35,856 nt of DNA from Acidobacteriota bacterium (GTDB lineage: Bacteria > Acidobacteriota > Vicinamibacteria > Vicinamibacterales > UBA2999), in contig JAIVJN010000050.1 of assembly GCA_020200025.1 (NCBI GenBank), positions 1-35,856 of the forward strand, read 5' to 3'. Under the pieces are notes generated by a model. It was given only the letters and a program-made list of their open reading frames with translations. It ran no database searches and was not told the DNA's origin. Below, piece after piece: positions 15,608 through 24,534 of this stretch (positions are counted from its first letter, which is position 1; the number at the start of each line of letters is the position of its first letter). The translations under genes were made by a program, and so were the position numbers.

Positions 15608-16647
15608 CGGTGCTCGGGCTCAGGGCACGCGAGCATCGGGCGCTGCTGGTGGCGCACCCGGCGGGTGAGCTCTATCGCCGCGCGCGCGAGGGGCCCGACC
15701 TGGTGCCACTTGCGCCGCGGACCGAGGTGGACCTCTCGGCGGCGTGGAAGCTGTCCCGCATCATCCGGCAGTGGAATCCCACCGTCGTTCATGCGCACGA
15801 CCCGCACGCCGTCGCCATGGCCGGTTTGGCGCTCTCCTTCGGCGCCCCCACACCAACACCTCGACTCGTCGCCTCGCGGCGAGTCGACTTCCATCTCCAG
15901 ACCCACTCGTTCTCACGATGGAAGTATCGGCAGGTCGATCTCTTCATCGCGGCCTCCCGCGCCATCCGCGACATCCTGGTCGATGACGGCATTCCCGCCA
16001 CGCAGATCACCGTCGTCCACGACGGCATCGACGTGGACAAGATCTCGCGGCTGCCAACCATCGAAATCCGTGCCGAGTTCTGGCTGCCTCACGGCGTGCC
16101 CCTCCTGGCCAATGTCGGCGCCCTCGTCGCCCACAAAGGCCAGAAGCACCTCGTGGAGGCGATGCGCCACGTGCTGCAGGACGTGCCGGACGTTCATACG
16201 GTGGTGTTCGGCGAAGGCGAATTGCGACCCGCCCTCGAGAAGCAGATTCGCGAACGGCGCCTCGAGAAGCGCGTGTTGCTCGCTGGGTTCCGCGAAGACG
16301 TGTTGTCGCTGGTGAAGTCGGCCGACCTGTTCGTGATGAGCTCGGTGACCGAGGGGCTCGGCTCGACGGTGCTCGACGCGATGGCCATGGGTCTGGCCGT
16401 TGTCGGCACGAATGCGGGTGGGATCTCCGAAGCGGTCGTCCACGGCGAGACCGGTCTGCTCGTCTCGCCAGGTGATCCTGAGGCGCTCGCAGAGGCCATC
16501 GTCTCACTGCTGAAGGCACCTGATGTGAGACGCCGCATGGGTGAGGCGGGACGCACACGGGTGCTCGAGCACTTCGGCGTCGGTCGACTCGTCGAGGGCA
16601 CGCTGGCGGCGTATACGGCGGTCACCAAGCGGGCCGGCGTCGCCTGA
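15535..16647 (+). CDS. Family-4 (GT-B) glycosyltransferase
   Basis: The N-terminus is LHIDTARTWRGGQNQVL. The C-terminal sugar-donor motif is LFVMSSVTEGLGSTVLDAMAMGLAVVGT..GGISEAV.HGETGLLV. The start may be GTG 15535 or GTG 15544. Confidence 0.85.
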   Translation: MGAVFALHIDTARTWRGGQNQVLLTVLGLRAREHRALLVAHPAGELYRRAREGPDLVPLAPRTEVDLSAAWKLSRIIRQWNPTVVHAHDPHAVAMAGLALSFGAPTPTPRLVASRRVDFHLQTHSFSRWKYRQVDLFIAASRAIRDILVDDGIPATQITVVHDGIDVDKISRLPTIEIRAEFWLPHGVPLLANVGALVAHKGQKHLVEAMRHVLQDVPDVHTVVFGEGELRPALEKQIRERRLEKRVLLAGFREDVLSLVKSADLFVMSSVTEGLGSTVLDAMAMGLAVVGTNAGGISEAVVHGETGLLVSPGDPEALAEAIVSLLKAPDVRRRMGEAGRTRVLEHFGVGRLVEGTLAAYTAVTKRAGVA

Positions 16648-16686
16648 GACCGTCAACCTATCCCGTAGCTCACCTGAGACGGGTAC

Positions 16687-16739
16687 GTAGGGCGGGCCTT
16701 CACGGCCCGCTCTTGGCGCACCGTAAAGGTGCGCCCTAC
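16687..16739. terminator. Nested double hairpin between convergent GT4 and TIGR02757-family genes
   Basis: The outer stem is GTAGGG/CCCTAC. It encloses GCGGGCC-TTCAC-GGCCCGC (16692-16710) and GGCGCACC-GTAAA-GGTGCGCC (16715-16735). Confidence 0.55.
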
Positions 16740-16745
16740 ATCAGA

Positions 16746-17654
16746 TCAAGTGCTCTGGTCTAGACGAGGCCGGCAGGCGCCTTTGAGCGGACAGTGCGCG
16801 GCGCCTTGAGCGCGGCCGAAGCCGCACGCGTGCATCATTCCCAGGTGACAGAGCGAGAAGTCGTACTTGACCGGATCGTGCGGGTCGAGCGCGCGCAGCG
16901 ATCGTGTGATGTCGGCGGCCATTCGCCACCCGGGGCTGCGGTAGCGCGTCAGCCGCAAGCACTGCGCAACGCGGATCACATGCGTGTCGAGGGGAATGAC
17001 GAGCTGAGCGGCCCGCACGCGCGACCAGACGCCCAAGTCCACCCGATCGTGGCGCACCATCCAGCGCAGGAACAAGTTCAAGCGTTTGCAGGCACCGCCC
17101 GCGGAAGGCCGAGCGAAGAAATAGCTGACCCCGGGCCGGCGCGCAGTGCGGCCGTACACGGCCTGCACGTCGAGCAAGCACGCCCGCCGCGAGAAGGCAT
17201 CGAGCGCCGCGCCGACATCAACGGCGTCAGGCCTGAATGCATCGGTGAAGAAGCCTTCAATCGAACCGGCTTCGTCGATCATCTGATGGAGCACCCAGAC
17301 CAGCGCCGCCATGTCGGGACCGCGCGTCCAGCGATGGACGAGATGATCGAAGGCGTGCCGGTCGCGGCCGGGGGCAAAGGCGCGGACGTAGGCGGCCGGC
17401 GACGCGCCCATGACGGCGAGCACACCTTCGATCGAATTGAGCACGCTTTGTACACGGCCGAAAGCCAGGGCCGCTGCGAGAAAGCCGACGACTTCGCGAT
17501 CGTCCGGCTGGTGAAATCGCCGTACGATCCAAATGGGATCGGAGACGACACCCTCGGCATTGTAGCCGCCGTAGAGCTCGTCCAGCTTCGGTTGAAGAAG
17601 CGCTCGATTTGACCGTCGATCGATGCGGATCGCGCCGGCCTGGCTTGTATTCAC
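16746..17654 (-). CDS. TIGR02757 (DUF2400) family protein, function unknown
   Basis: I recognise these family-typical segments: DPIWIVRRF, FLAAALAFGRV, KRLNLFLRWMVR, IPLDTHV, and DPVKYDFSLCHLGM..C near the C-terminus. GTG start. Confidence 0.8.
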   Translation of the reverse strand: MNTSQAGAIRIDRRSNRALLQPKLDELYGGYNAEGVVSDPIWIVRRFHQPDDREVVGFLAAALAFGRVQSVLNSIEGVLAVMGASPAAYVRAFAPGRDRHAFDHLVHRWTRGPDMAALVWVLHQMIDEAGSIEGFFTDAFRPDAVDVGAALDAFSRRACLLDVQAVYGRTARRPGVSYFFARPSAGGACKRLNLFLRWMVRHDRVDLGVWSRVRAAQLVIPLDTHVIRVAQCLRLTRYRSPGWRMAADITRSLRALDPHDPVKYDFSLCHLGMMHACGFGRAQGAAHCPLKGACRPRLDQST

Positions 17655-17670
17655 ACTCGTGACTGGCTCG

Positions 17671-18756
17671 CTATGTGCGGAAAGCGGGGTTCGGTTGGAT
17701 CAAGACAAAACACAGAAAGCAAAAGGCAGAAGGCGGGCGGCCGGATCGGGACGCAAGCTGCCGATCCAGGGCCATCAGCGCGTCAAGAATCGTTTCGGCC
17801 GCACGCTGAAAGAACACAGGATCGATCTTCTCCGGAGCGTCGGTCGGCTTGTGATAGTCCGCATGGTCCTCGACACCGAAATACACGAACGGAATCTTGG
17901 CTTCATGAAAGGCGCCGTGGTCCGATTGGAACGTCCAATCGTCCGCGCCGGCCGTGGCCTGGTCATGGCCGAAGAGCAGCCGAACGTTCGATCGGGCAGC
18001 AACCGGCTCGAGCGCGCCTCGAAGCGACGGGTAATGACGGAGGCCCGAGACGTACAGCTCGCCCGCGTCTCCTCTCGCGACCATATCCAGGTTGACGTTG
18101 AGCGTCAATCGCTCGCGCGGGATAGGTGGCGACGACACGAAGGCTCGGGCGCCCTGCAGCCCCTGCTCCTCTGCGTCAAAGAAGACAAAGAAGGTCGTGT
18201 GCTGGAAAGGCAGACGACGGCACCGGCGGGCCAACTCGAGCACAGTCGCGACGCCGGACGCGTTGTCGTCAGCCCCCGGATAGATCTGACCGTCGCGCAC
18301 GCCAAGGTGGTCGTAATGAGCCGAGACGACGATGACAGGCAGGCTTGGGTCGGCACCGGGGCAAGTGGCGGCGATGTTCGCGCCCTCGGTCTGCTCGCCG
18401 TTTCGCGACCTGAAGCGAAACGGCAGCACATAGTCGCTACCGATTGCAGAAAGCCCCGTCTCCTCGATCGCCGAGACCAACCAGGAGCGCGCCTTGTGTC
18501 CGCCAGCCGTCCCTGTTCGTCGTCCTTCCATCTCAGGCGCGGCCAGCGCCTTCACGGTGGCCATCAACCGCTCAGCAGTGATCGCGTGGACCGCGCCCGG
18601 CGGAACGGCGTCGCGCTGCTCGGCCACGGTTTGGAGCGCCGCAAGGGTCACCGTGCCCGCCGTCACGAGCACCAGTAGACATGCGCCCAGATGCGGCACG
18701 AGCTGCACTCTCGATTTGCAGACGCCGGCTCTCAGTGGGCACGCTCCTTTTTCCAT
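17671..18756 (-). CDS. M28-family zinc aminopeptidase, secreted or membrane-anchored
   Basis: The sequence is VVSAHYDHLG..GADDNASGVATVLELAR ... FFDAEEQGLQGA ... NLDMV. Start chosen at ATG 18756 (MEKGACPL...), ahead of a hydrophobic segment. The 5' end abuts the pyrC breakpoint. Confidence 0.8.
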   Translation of the reverse strand: MEKGACPLRAGVCKSRVQLVPHLGACLLVLVTAGTVTLAALQTVAEQRDAVPPGAVHAITAERLMATVKALAAPEMEGRRTGTAGGHKARSWLVSAIEETGLSAIGSDYVLPFRFRSRNGEQTEGANIAATCPGADPSLPVIVVSAHYDHLGVRDGQIYPGADDNASGVATVLELARRCRRLPFQHTTFFVFFDAEEQGLQGARAFVSSPPIPRERLTLNVNLDMVARGDAGELYVSGLRHYPSLRGALEPVAARSNVRLLFGHDQATAGADDWTFQSDHGAFHEAKIPFVYFGVEDHADYHKPTDAPEKIDPVFFQRAAETILDALMALDRQLASRSGRPPSAFCFLCFVLIQPNPAFRT

Positions 18757-19813
18757 CAGGCACGACCTCCCGAGCGAGACGATCGAAAACGATCGGTACC
18801 GCGGTCTCGAGGCCGACGATGCCGAAGGGCGCGCGGTCGAACTCGACGTTCTTCTCATCGTAGTGATGCGGCGCGTGATCCGTGGCGATGACGTCCACGC
18901 TGCCGTCGCGGATACCCTCGATCATGGCGTCGCGATCCCGTACTTCGCGCAACGGGGGATTCATCTTGACGTTGGAATCGTAGGGAATGGGCGCGCCGAG
19001 CAGGTCGTCGGTGAGGGTGAAGTGATGGGGTGCCACTTCGCACGTCACCTTGACGCCTCGGCTCTTCCCTTGCCGCACCGCCTCGAGCGTCGTCCATGCG
19101 CTCATATGCGCGATGTGAACGTGACCGCCCGTCATCTCGGCCAGCAGAATGTCGCGCGCGGCGGTGATCGACTCGGCGACGCCGGGAATGCCCTTCAGGC
19201 CCAGCTCCGATGCCTTTGCACCCTCGTGCGCGCAGCCGTCGCCTTTCAAGCTCAGGTCTTCGCAGTGTTCGATCATCGGCATCTGGAACATGCTCGTGTA
19301 CTCGAGCGCGCGCCGTGCGAGTAATGCCGTGGACACCGGGTAGCCATCATCGCTGACGGCGACGCAGCCCGCCTCGCGAAGCTCCGCGATGTCGGCCAGC
19401 TGTTCCCCTTTCTGCCCGCGCGAGACGGCGCCGATCGGATAAACCCGAGCCAACTGCGCGTCAGCGGCCTTCTGCAGAATGAGACGCGTGACGCCGGCGT
19501 TGTCGTTCACGGGATGTGTGTTGGGCATGCAGGCCACGGCGGTAAAGCCGCCGGTCACAGCCGACAGCGTCCCTGTGGCAACCGTCTCCTTGTGCTCGTG
19601 GCCGGGCTCGCGCAGATGCACGTGCATATCGATGAGCCCGGGACAAATCACGAAGCCCGCCGGGAGGGTCATCACCGCTCCGCCGTCGGCAAGACTCACC
19701 GGCAGATCCCGCCCGACCTGGCCGATGCGGTCACCGTCGATGAGCACGTCGGCCGCGCCGTCGACGCCGTTCGCCGGGTCGACGACACGGCCTCCCTTAA
19801 GCAGCCGTTTCAT
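18757..19813 (-). pseudogene. pyrC: Dihydroorotase (PyrC), 3'-truncated by roughly 75-80 residues. The computed ORF continues out of context to 18572 across the M28 gene start.
   Basis: The sequence is PGLIDMHVHLREPG ... DHAPHHYDEKNVEFDRAPFGIVGLETAVPIVFDRL, after which homology ends. The start MKRLLKGG at 19813 overlaps the pyrB stop. Confidence 0.85.
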
Positions 19814-20768
19814 GTTCCGCTCCGCCTGCCAGGAGATAGAGCACGGCCATACGCACCGCAACGCCGTTCGCGACTTGATCGAGAATCACGGAGAACGGGC
19901 CATCGGCTACTTCGGACGCGATCTCGACGCCGCGGTTGATCGGACCCGGGTGCATGATAATCACGTCATCTTTTGCGCGAGCGACGCGCGCCTGCGTCAT
20001 GCCGAAGGTGGCGAAGTACTCGCGCACCGACGGGAAGAACCCTCCTTCCATGCGCTCGAGCTGAATGCGTAGCATCATGACGACGTCGGCGTCCTCGACC
20101 GCGGCGTCGACGGACGTCGTCACCCGCACGCCGAGCGTCTCGATGCCGCGCGGGATCAGCGTCGGCGGGCCACACACCCATACCTGGGCGCCGAGCTTCG
20201 TGAGCAGGAGGATGTTCGACCGCAGCACGCGGCTGTGCAACAGGTCGCCGACGATGGCGATCTTCAGATCGGCAATACGGCCCTTGCGCTCACGAATCGT
20301 AAAGGCATCGAGCAGCGCCTGCGTTGGATGCTCGTGCATCCCGTCGCCGGCGTTGATGATGGCGGCGCGGCAGATGCGAGATAGCAAATGACACGCGCCC
20401 GACGACGAGTGACGTAGCACGATCATGCTCGGCGCCATCGCCTCGATGTTGAGCGCGGTATCCACCAACGTTTCGCCTTTGACCACGCTCGACGACGCGA
20501 TCGCCACGTTCAACGTGTCGGCGCTCAGCCGCTTCTCGGCAATCTCGAACGACGTGCGCGTGCGCGTGCTCGGCTCGAAGAAAAGGTTGACGACCGTGCG
20601 TCCACGGAGCGTCGGCACCTTCTTGATGGCGCGCTGGCCGACTTCCTTCATGGCTTCGGCGGTATTCAGGATGAGCACGATCTCACCGGGGCTGAGCGAG
20701 GCGATGCCGAGAAGATCTTTGTTCCGCAGAGCCGTGATCGGCTCACTGGTCGCATGAACGACATCCAT
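19797..20768 (-). CDS. pyrB: Aspartate carbamoyltransferase catalytic subunit
   Basis: The motifs STRTR, HPTQ and HPGP are present ([35 protein letters not shown]). Length 323 aa. The ATG overlaps the pyrR stop (ATGA). Confidence 0.95.
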   Translation of the reverse strand: MDVVHATSEPITALRNKDLLGIASLSPGEIVLILNTAEAMKEVGQRAIKKVPTLRGRTVVNLFFEPSTRTRTSFEIAEKRLSADTLNVAIASSSVVKGETLVDTALNIEAMAPSMIVLRHSSSGACHLLSRICRAAIINAGDGMHEHPTQALLDAFTIRERKGRIADLKIAIVGDLLHSRVLRSNILLLTKLGAQVWVCGPPTLIPRGIETLGVRVTTSVDAAVEDADVVMMLRIQLERMEGGFFPSVREYFATFGMTQARVARAKDDVIIMHPGPINRGVEIASEVADGPFSVILDQVANGVAVRMAVLYLLAGGAEHETAA

Positions 20769-21361
20769 CAGGCTCCTCCTCCCTGGCGATCGATCGTCAC
20801 CTCGTCGGCGCCGTCGATCTCGTGGAGCCGGACCTGTACGCTTTCGTCGCGCGCCGTCGGCACGTTCTTGCCGACGTAATCGGCCTTGATCGGCAGCTCG
20901 CGATGACCGCGGTCGATGAGCACAACGAGCTGAATCGCCTTGGGGCGGCCGAAATCGATGAGCGCATCGAGTGCCGCCCGCGTCGTGCGACCCGTGTAAA
21001 GCACGTCGTCGACCAAAATGATGGTGCGGTCGTCGATCGAGAAGGGGATCTCGGTTCGACGAACGAGCGGTTGAGGGCCGACCTGATGCCGCATCAGATC
21101 GTCACGATAGAGTGTGATGTCGAGCGCGCCCGTCGACACCTCCTCACCGGCGATGTCTCGGAGCGCATGAGACACGCGCTGGGCAAGCGGCACGCCACGG
21201 CTACGGACCCCGACGAGCGCGAGATTACCGACGCCGCGGTTTCGTTCGACGATTTCGTGGGCAATGCGCGTGAGCGCGCGGGAGATGCGATCCGCGTCCA
21301 TGACTACGGGCATGGGCGGATCGTTCGATAGGTCGGCATGCGCACCTCTTTGCGAGCTCAC
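20768..21361 (-). CDS. pyrR: Bifunctional pyrimidine operon regulator / uracil phosphoribosyltransferase PyrR
   Basis: The sequence is [28 protein letters not shown] ... DITLYRDD ... [19 protein letters not shown]. An alternative start is ATG 21313. Confidence 0.9.
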   Translation of the reverse strand: MSSQRGAHADLSNDPPMPVVMDADRISRALTRIAHEIVERNRGVGNLALVGVRSRGVPLAQRVSHALRDIAGEEVSTGALDITLYRDDLMRHQVGPQPLVRRTEIPFSIDDRTIILVDDVLYTGRTTRAALDALIDFGRPKAIQLVVLIDRGHRELPIKADYVGKNVPTARDESVQVRLHEIDGADEVTIDRQGGGA

Positions 21362-21405
21362 TGGCCCGCAATTAAAGAGCTGGCGTCAGTGTAGCACGGT
21401 GGTTC

Positions 21406-21447
21406 AAGACAACACGAAGAGTAAGGGCGTGATCTTCGTGTTGTCTT
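21406..21447 (-). terminator. Perfect 15-bp stem hairpin 3 nt downstream of the 21450..23210 gene stop
   Basis: AAGACAACACGAAGA (21406-21420) and TCTTCGTGTTGTCTT (21433-21447) are exact reverse complements, separated by a 12-nt loop. The stem is noticeably AT-richer than its surroundings. No U-tract. Confidence 0.6.
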
Positions 21448-21449
21448 CG

Positions 21450-23210
21450 TTAGCGGCCGTAACTGGGAATGAAGGTGATGGGACGCGAGCCGGTGAAGCT
21501 CGACGTGAACAGATCCGCTCGCGCGTAACCGTCCATATCACGACCGACCGGAAGACCCAGGTAATAGAGGACGGTAGGTGTCACGTCGAGCACCGACGCG
21601 CGTGAAGGGCGGCCGGGCGCCACCGCGGCACCGTAGGCGAGGAGAAAGCCGTCCGGCGCACGCTCGTGCGTCCCGCTGATCGCGCGATTGCCGACCAGGC
21701 GTTCCAGCAGACGCTTACCGGGGCTGAGGGGCTCCATGCCGAAGGCCGAGACGACGAGCAGCAGATCGGCGGGCTCGAGCGCGATCAGCGCTCGCTCCAC
21801 GATCTGATCCAGAAACGCATAGTACTGCTCGAGCACCCGACCGAGCTGGCGTCGCTCGGCATCGGTGACGTCACCGAAAGGCGTCGGATTGGCATAGCGC
21901 AGATAGTGGTGCCCCACGGCATCGACACCCGGAAAACGGACGGCGAGAAATCGCGCACGCCCGTTTCGATCGAGCGCGTTCCGGATCTGCAGGTGGATGC
22001 GGTCGGCAAGAAGTGGCTCCGGCTCTCGCCGCGACTCCACATCGCCGGCTGGCGACGGGGTCACCAGCGTGGCCAGCGCGAGCGGATCCGGCGAGACGGA
22101 AACCGCCATGGCCTCCCGGATGTCGGCGACAAGCGCTGGCGGTGATATCTGCATGGCTCCTTCGGAGTCCAGTTGCCCGTCGTCGAGGCGGTGAAAGAGA
22201 TCGCTCACCAGGAAGCCGTTGACGACCGGCGCGGGGTGTGTGAGCGGCCACCCGACGACGCCGACCGCCACACCTAAATCCGTCAAGATGCTCCAGATGG
22301 GCCGAGCCCGAAGCGATTCGGCAGTATGCCCTTCCTCGAAGAGAAACCCGAAAGAGACGAGCGCCTGCGCGAAGCAGTAGTCTGGCAGGAGCTCGATCAC
22401 GGCCCCGCCCTGCTGCGCTCGATAACGGGCCGACGAGCGAACGCCGTTCGCCATCGGCTGGCGGCCGGTCGCGATCGCGCTCCACACCGGATCGGCTTGT
22501 GTCGGCCGCAGCGTGGCCAGGTGCAGGACGGCGCCGCCGTCGACGATGCGTCCGAAGCCGGGCAGTCGGCCGGCCGCCACCGCCGGGGCGATGACGTCGA
22601 GCGATGCGCCGTCCAACATGATGAGCACCACGCGTGGACCGTCGGGTGCAGGAGGTCCGCCCAAGGTCGGAACCTGCGCGTCGGGAACATCGATGGCCAG
22701 CCTGCCCGTACCACGCGCCATCACCGGCAGTCCGATCGAAACGACCATCATGCCGACCAAGACCGTGGCGCTGGCGCGCCCGCCACGCCGACCGACATGG
22801 GCCAACGCGAGGACGAAAAATCCGATGGCCGCCGCCGTCACGGCGATCGCCCCCGTCGTCATGCGACGCGCGGTCTCGGCGTCGAGCACAGGACCAAATC
22901 CCCGCAGGTTGAGCCACATCAGGACGGCACCGCCGGCTGCTGCCGCAGTACACAACCACGACAGCAACCGCACGCTCAGCCACCCAGGCGAGAGCACCTC
23001 GGACCCAAAAAGTTGCCGCATGACGATGACGCTGTAGAAGAGCAACGCGAGATTGACACCGTACGCCAGGCCGAGGATGGCAGCAAGGGGAACGAGGGCG
23101 GCGGGCCGCAACGGAAACCCCGGATTCAGTTGCAGGACGATGACCGTGAGGTAGCCAGATGCCAAGGCACCCGCAATGACCGCGTTCGAGAGCATGCGCA
23201 GGAAACGCAC
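21450..23210 (-). CDS. Membrane-anchored alkaline-phosphatase-superfamily protein (type I phosphodiesterase/nucleotide pyrophosphatase-like)
   Basis: The N-terminal ~190 aa contain several hydrophobic helices. The rest reads VVLIMLDGASLD ... DPVWSAIATG ... FPGVDAVGHHY ... LLVVSAFGM, which fits the AlkP-core metal-ligand layout. Confidence 0.8.
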   Translation of the reverse strand: MRFLRMLSNAVIAGALASGYLTVIVLQLNPGFPLRPAALVPLAAILGLAYGVNLALLFYSVIVMRQLFGSEVLSPGWLSVRLLSWLCTAAAAGGAVLMWLNLRGFGPVLDAETARRMTTGAIAVTAAAIGFFVLALAHVGRRGGRASATVLVGMMVVSIGLPVMARGTGRLAIDVPDAQVPTLGGPPAPDGPRVVLIMLDGASLDVIAPAVAAGRLPGFGRIVDGGAVLHLATLRPTQADPVWSAIATGRQPMANGVRSSARYRAQQGGAVIELLPDYCFAQALVSFGFLFEEGHTAESLRARPIWSILTDLGVAVGVVGWPLTHPAPVVNGFLVSDLFHRLDDGQLDSEGAMQISPPALVADIREAMAVSVSPDPLALATLVTPSPAGDVESRREPEPLLADRIHLQIRNALDRNGRARFLAVRFPGVDAVGHHYLRYANPTPFGDVTDAERRQLGRVLEQYYAFLDQIVERALIALEPADLLLVVSAFGMEPLSPGKRLLERLVGNRAISGTHERAPDGFLLAYGAAVAPGRPSRASVLDVTPTVLYYLGLPVGRDMDGYARADLFTSSFTGSRPITFIPSYGR

Positions 23211-23224
23211 AGGGTGATTCTAGA

Positions 23225-23530
23225 CGTCACACGGCAAACGTCATACGGCATACGGCAGGCGGCAAGCGAAGGCGGCAAGCGGCATACGGCAGTCCACGGG
23301 GGACGGGGGACGCGGCATACGGGACCGGCAGGCGGCGAACGGCAGGCGGTAAGCGCGCGGCGGCGGGCGGCACGCGGCAGGGCGGCACGCGGAAGGCGAA
23401 ACCGTCCGGTGGGCGGGTGTTTCGGTGCGATCGGCGCGCGGGGAGCCCCTCATTACGCAAGCACCTGTCGCACTCGTCGCACCATCGCACCCAAGTACCT
23501 GAGGACCCCACGCACCTGTCGCACCTGACT
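23225..23530. repeat. Approximately 300-nt intergenic element: a long CGGCA-word array followed by a GGTRC module (C-rich strand)
   Basis: More than 15 CGGCA words at 7-9 nt spacing span 23229-23400 (e.g. CATACGGCATACGGCAGGCGGCAAGCG). A GCGCGC core lies at ~23435. GCACCTGTCGCAC words span 23461-23528 and include the shared 16-mer at 23510-23525. Confidence 0.8.
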
Positions 23531-23539
23531 CCGGTCGCC

Positions 23540-23545
23540 TATACT
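23540..23545 (+). promoter_or_regulatory. Possible -10 hexamer TATACT immediately upstream of the pyrK GTG (candidate leaderless start)
   Basis: TATACT lies 6 nt before GTG 23552, the same geometry as upstream of cobA. Pattern only. Confidence 0.25.
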
Positions 23546-23551
23546 TTTCTG

Positions 23552-24367
23552 GTGTCCTTGGTCGACCTGGCTGCCCTCGTGCTCGCGAGCCGACGTTTGT
23601 CGACCGACTACAACGTACTGACGCTAGCGGCGCCGCAGATTGCCGAGGCGACACACGCGGGTCAGTTCGTGATGGTCAAGCCGGCCAAGACCGCTGACCC
23701 TCTGCTCCGGCGCCCTTTTTCCGTCTTCGAAGTTGTCCGCGACGCAGAGGGTCGGGCAACGGCCATCAGCATCCTCAACAAACGCGCCGGACGCACGACC
23801 GGTCAGTTGTTCGACGCGGCGGAGGGCGATCGGATTCACTGCCTCGGGCCACTCGGCAAGCCGTTCACGGTAGTGTCGCCGCCCATGCAGGCATGGATGG
23901 TGGCAGGTGGCGTCGGCCTGGCGCCGTTCGCCACGTTGGCCGAATCTCTCTTCCGCGTGCAGACACCAGCGACGCTCTTTTACGGAGCGCGAAGTGCCGC
24001 CGAGCTCTTCTATCTCGATTTCTTCGAGCGGCTGGGCGTTCGACTGGTGCTCGCAACCGAAGACGGCAGCCGCGGTGTGCGCGGGCGTGTCGACGTTCCA
24101 CTGGCAAGCGCTCTGGCCGATCTCTCCGGTCCCGTGCAAGCCATGGTGTACGCCTGCGGGCCCGAGCCGATGCTCGCCGCGGTCGCGACGCTGGCCGCGC
24201 GGTTCGACCAACCTTCCGAGGTGTCCGTGGAACGCGTCATGGGGTGCGGCATGGGCGGCTGCTACAGTTGCGTTCTCCCCGTGCGCCATGGCGATGAGCA
24301 CGCCAACCTGGTGCGCTCGTGCATCAGCGGCCCGGTGTTCGACGGCGCGGAAGTGGTGTGGGAGTGA
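23552..24367 (+). CDS. pyrK: Dihydroorotate dehydrogenase (class 1B) electron-transfer subunit PyrK
   Basis: It has FAD/NAD-binding ferredoxin-reductase-like motifs (GQFVMVKP, RRPFSV, MVAGGVGLAPF). The C-terminal 2Fe-2S cysteines are MGCGMGGCYSC. Start set at GTG 23552 because the upstream part of the ORF is repeat DNA. Confidence 0.85.
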   Translation: MSLVDLAALVLASRRLSTDYNVLTLAAPQIAEATHAGQFVMVKPAKTADPLLRRPFSVFEVVRDAEGRATAISILNKRAGRTTGQLFDAAEGDRIHCLGPLGKPFTVVSPPMQAWMVAGGVGLAPFATLAESLFRVQTPATLFYGARSAAELFYLDFFERLGVRLVLATEDGSRGVRGRVDVPLASALADLSGPVQAMVYACGPEPMLAAVATLAARFDQPSEVSVERVMGCGMGGCYSCVLPVRHGDEHANLVRSCISGPVFDGAEVVWE

Positions 24368-24534
24368 CACGGCACACGGTCAACGGCAGACGCAGACGGC
24401 AAGCGGCAAGCGGCAAGCGGCAAGCGGCCGACGGTAGGCGACGGGCGACGAAGCAACTCCGAACTCTAAACTGAACTCTTCACTTTGCACTCTGCACTTT
24501 GCACTCACTCTGAACTCTGCACTCTGCACTCGGT
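24368..24534. repeat. Word-repeat element filling the pyrK-pyrD spacer: a CGGCA module including (GGCAAGC)x4, then a CTGCACT module
   Basis: 24398-24425 is four exact GGCAAGC heptamers. 24457-24532 carries CTGCACTC/TTGCACTC words. 24511-24524 is the exact reverse complement of 541-554. Confidence 0.85.

Noticed and set aside
18572-18756. Tail of the 429-aa ORF as the PyrC C-terminus
   Set aside because: The translation (PDGKRSVPTESRRLQIESAARAASGR...) has no dihydroorotase similarity. It overlaps the N-terminal hydrophobic segment of the M28 peptidase in another frame.
21313-21405. PyrR-binding loop / attenuator in the pyrR leader
   Set aside because: I found only a weak 4-bp stem around AAGAGG and no terminator-antiterminator alternative. 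The region may be partly coding if GTG 21361 is the start. There is not enough support.
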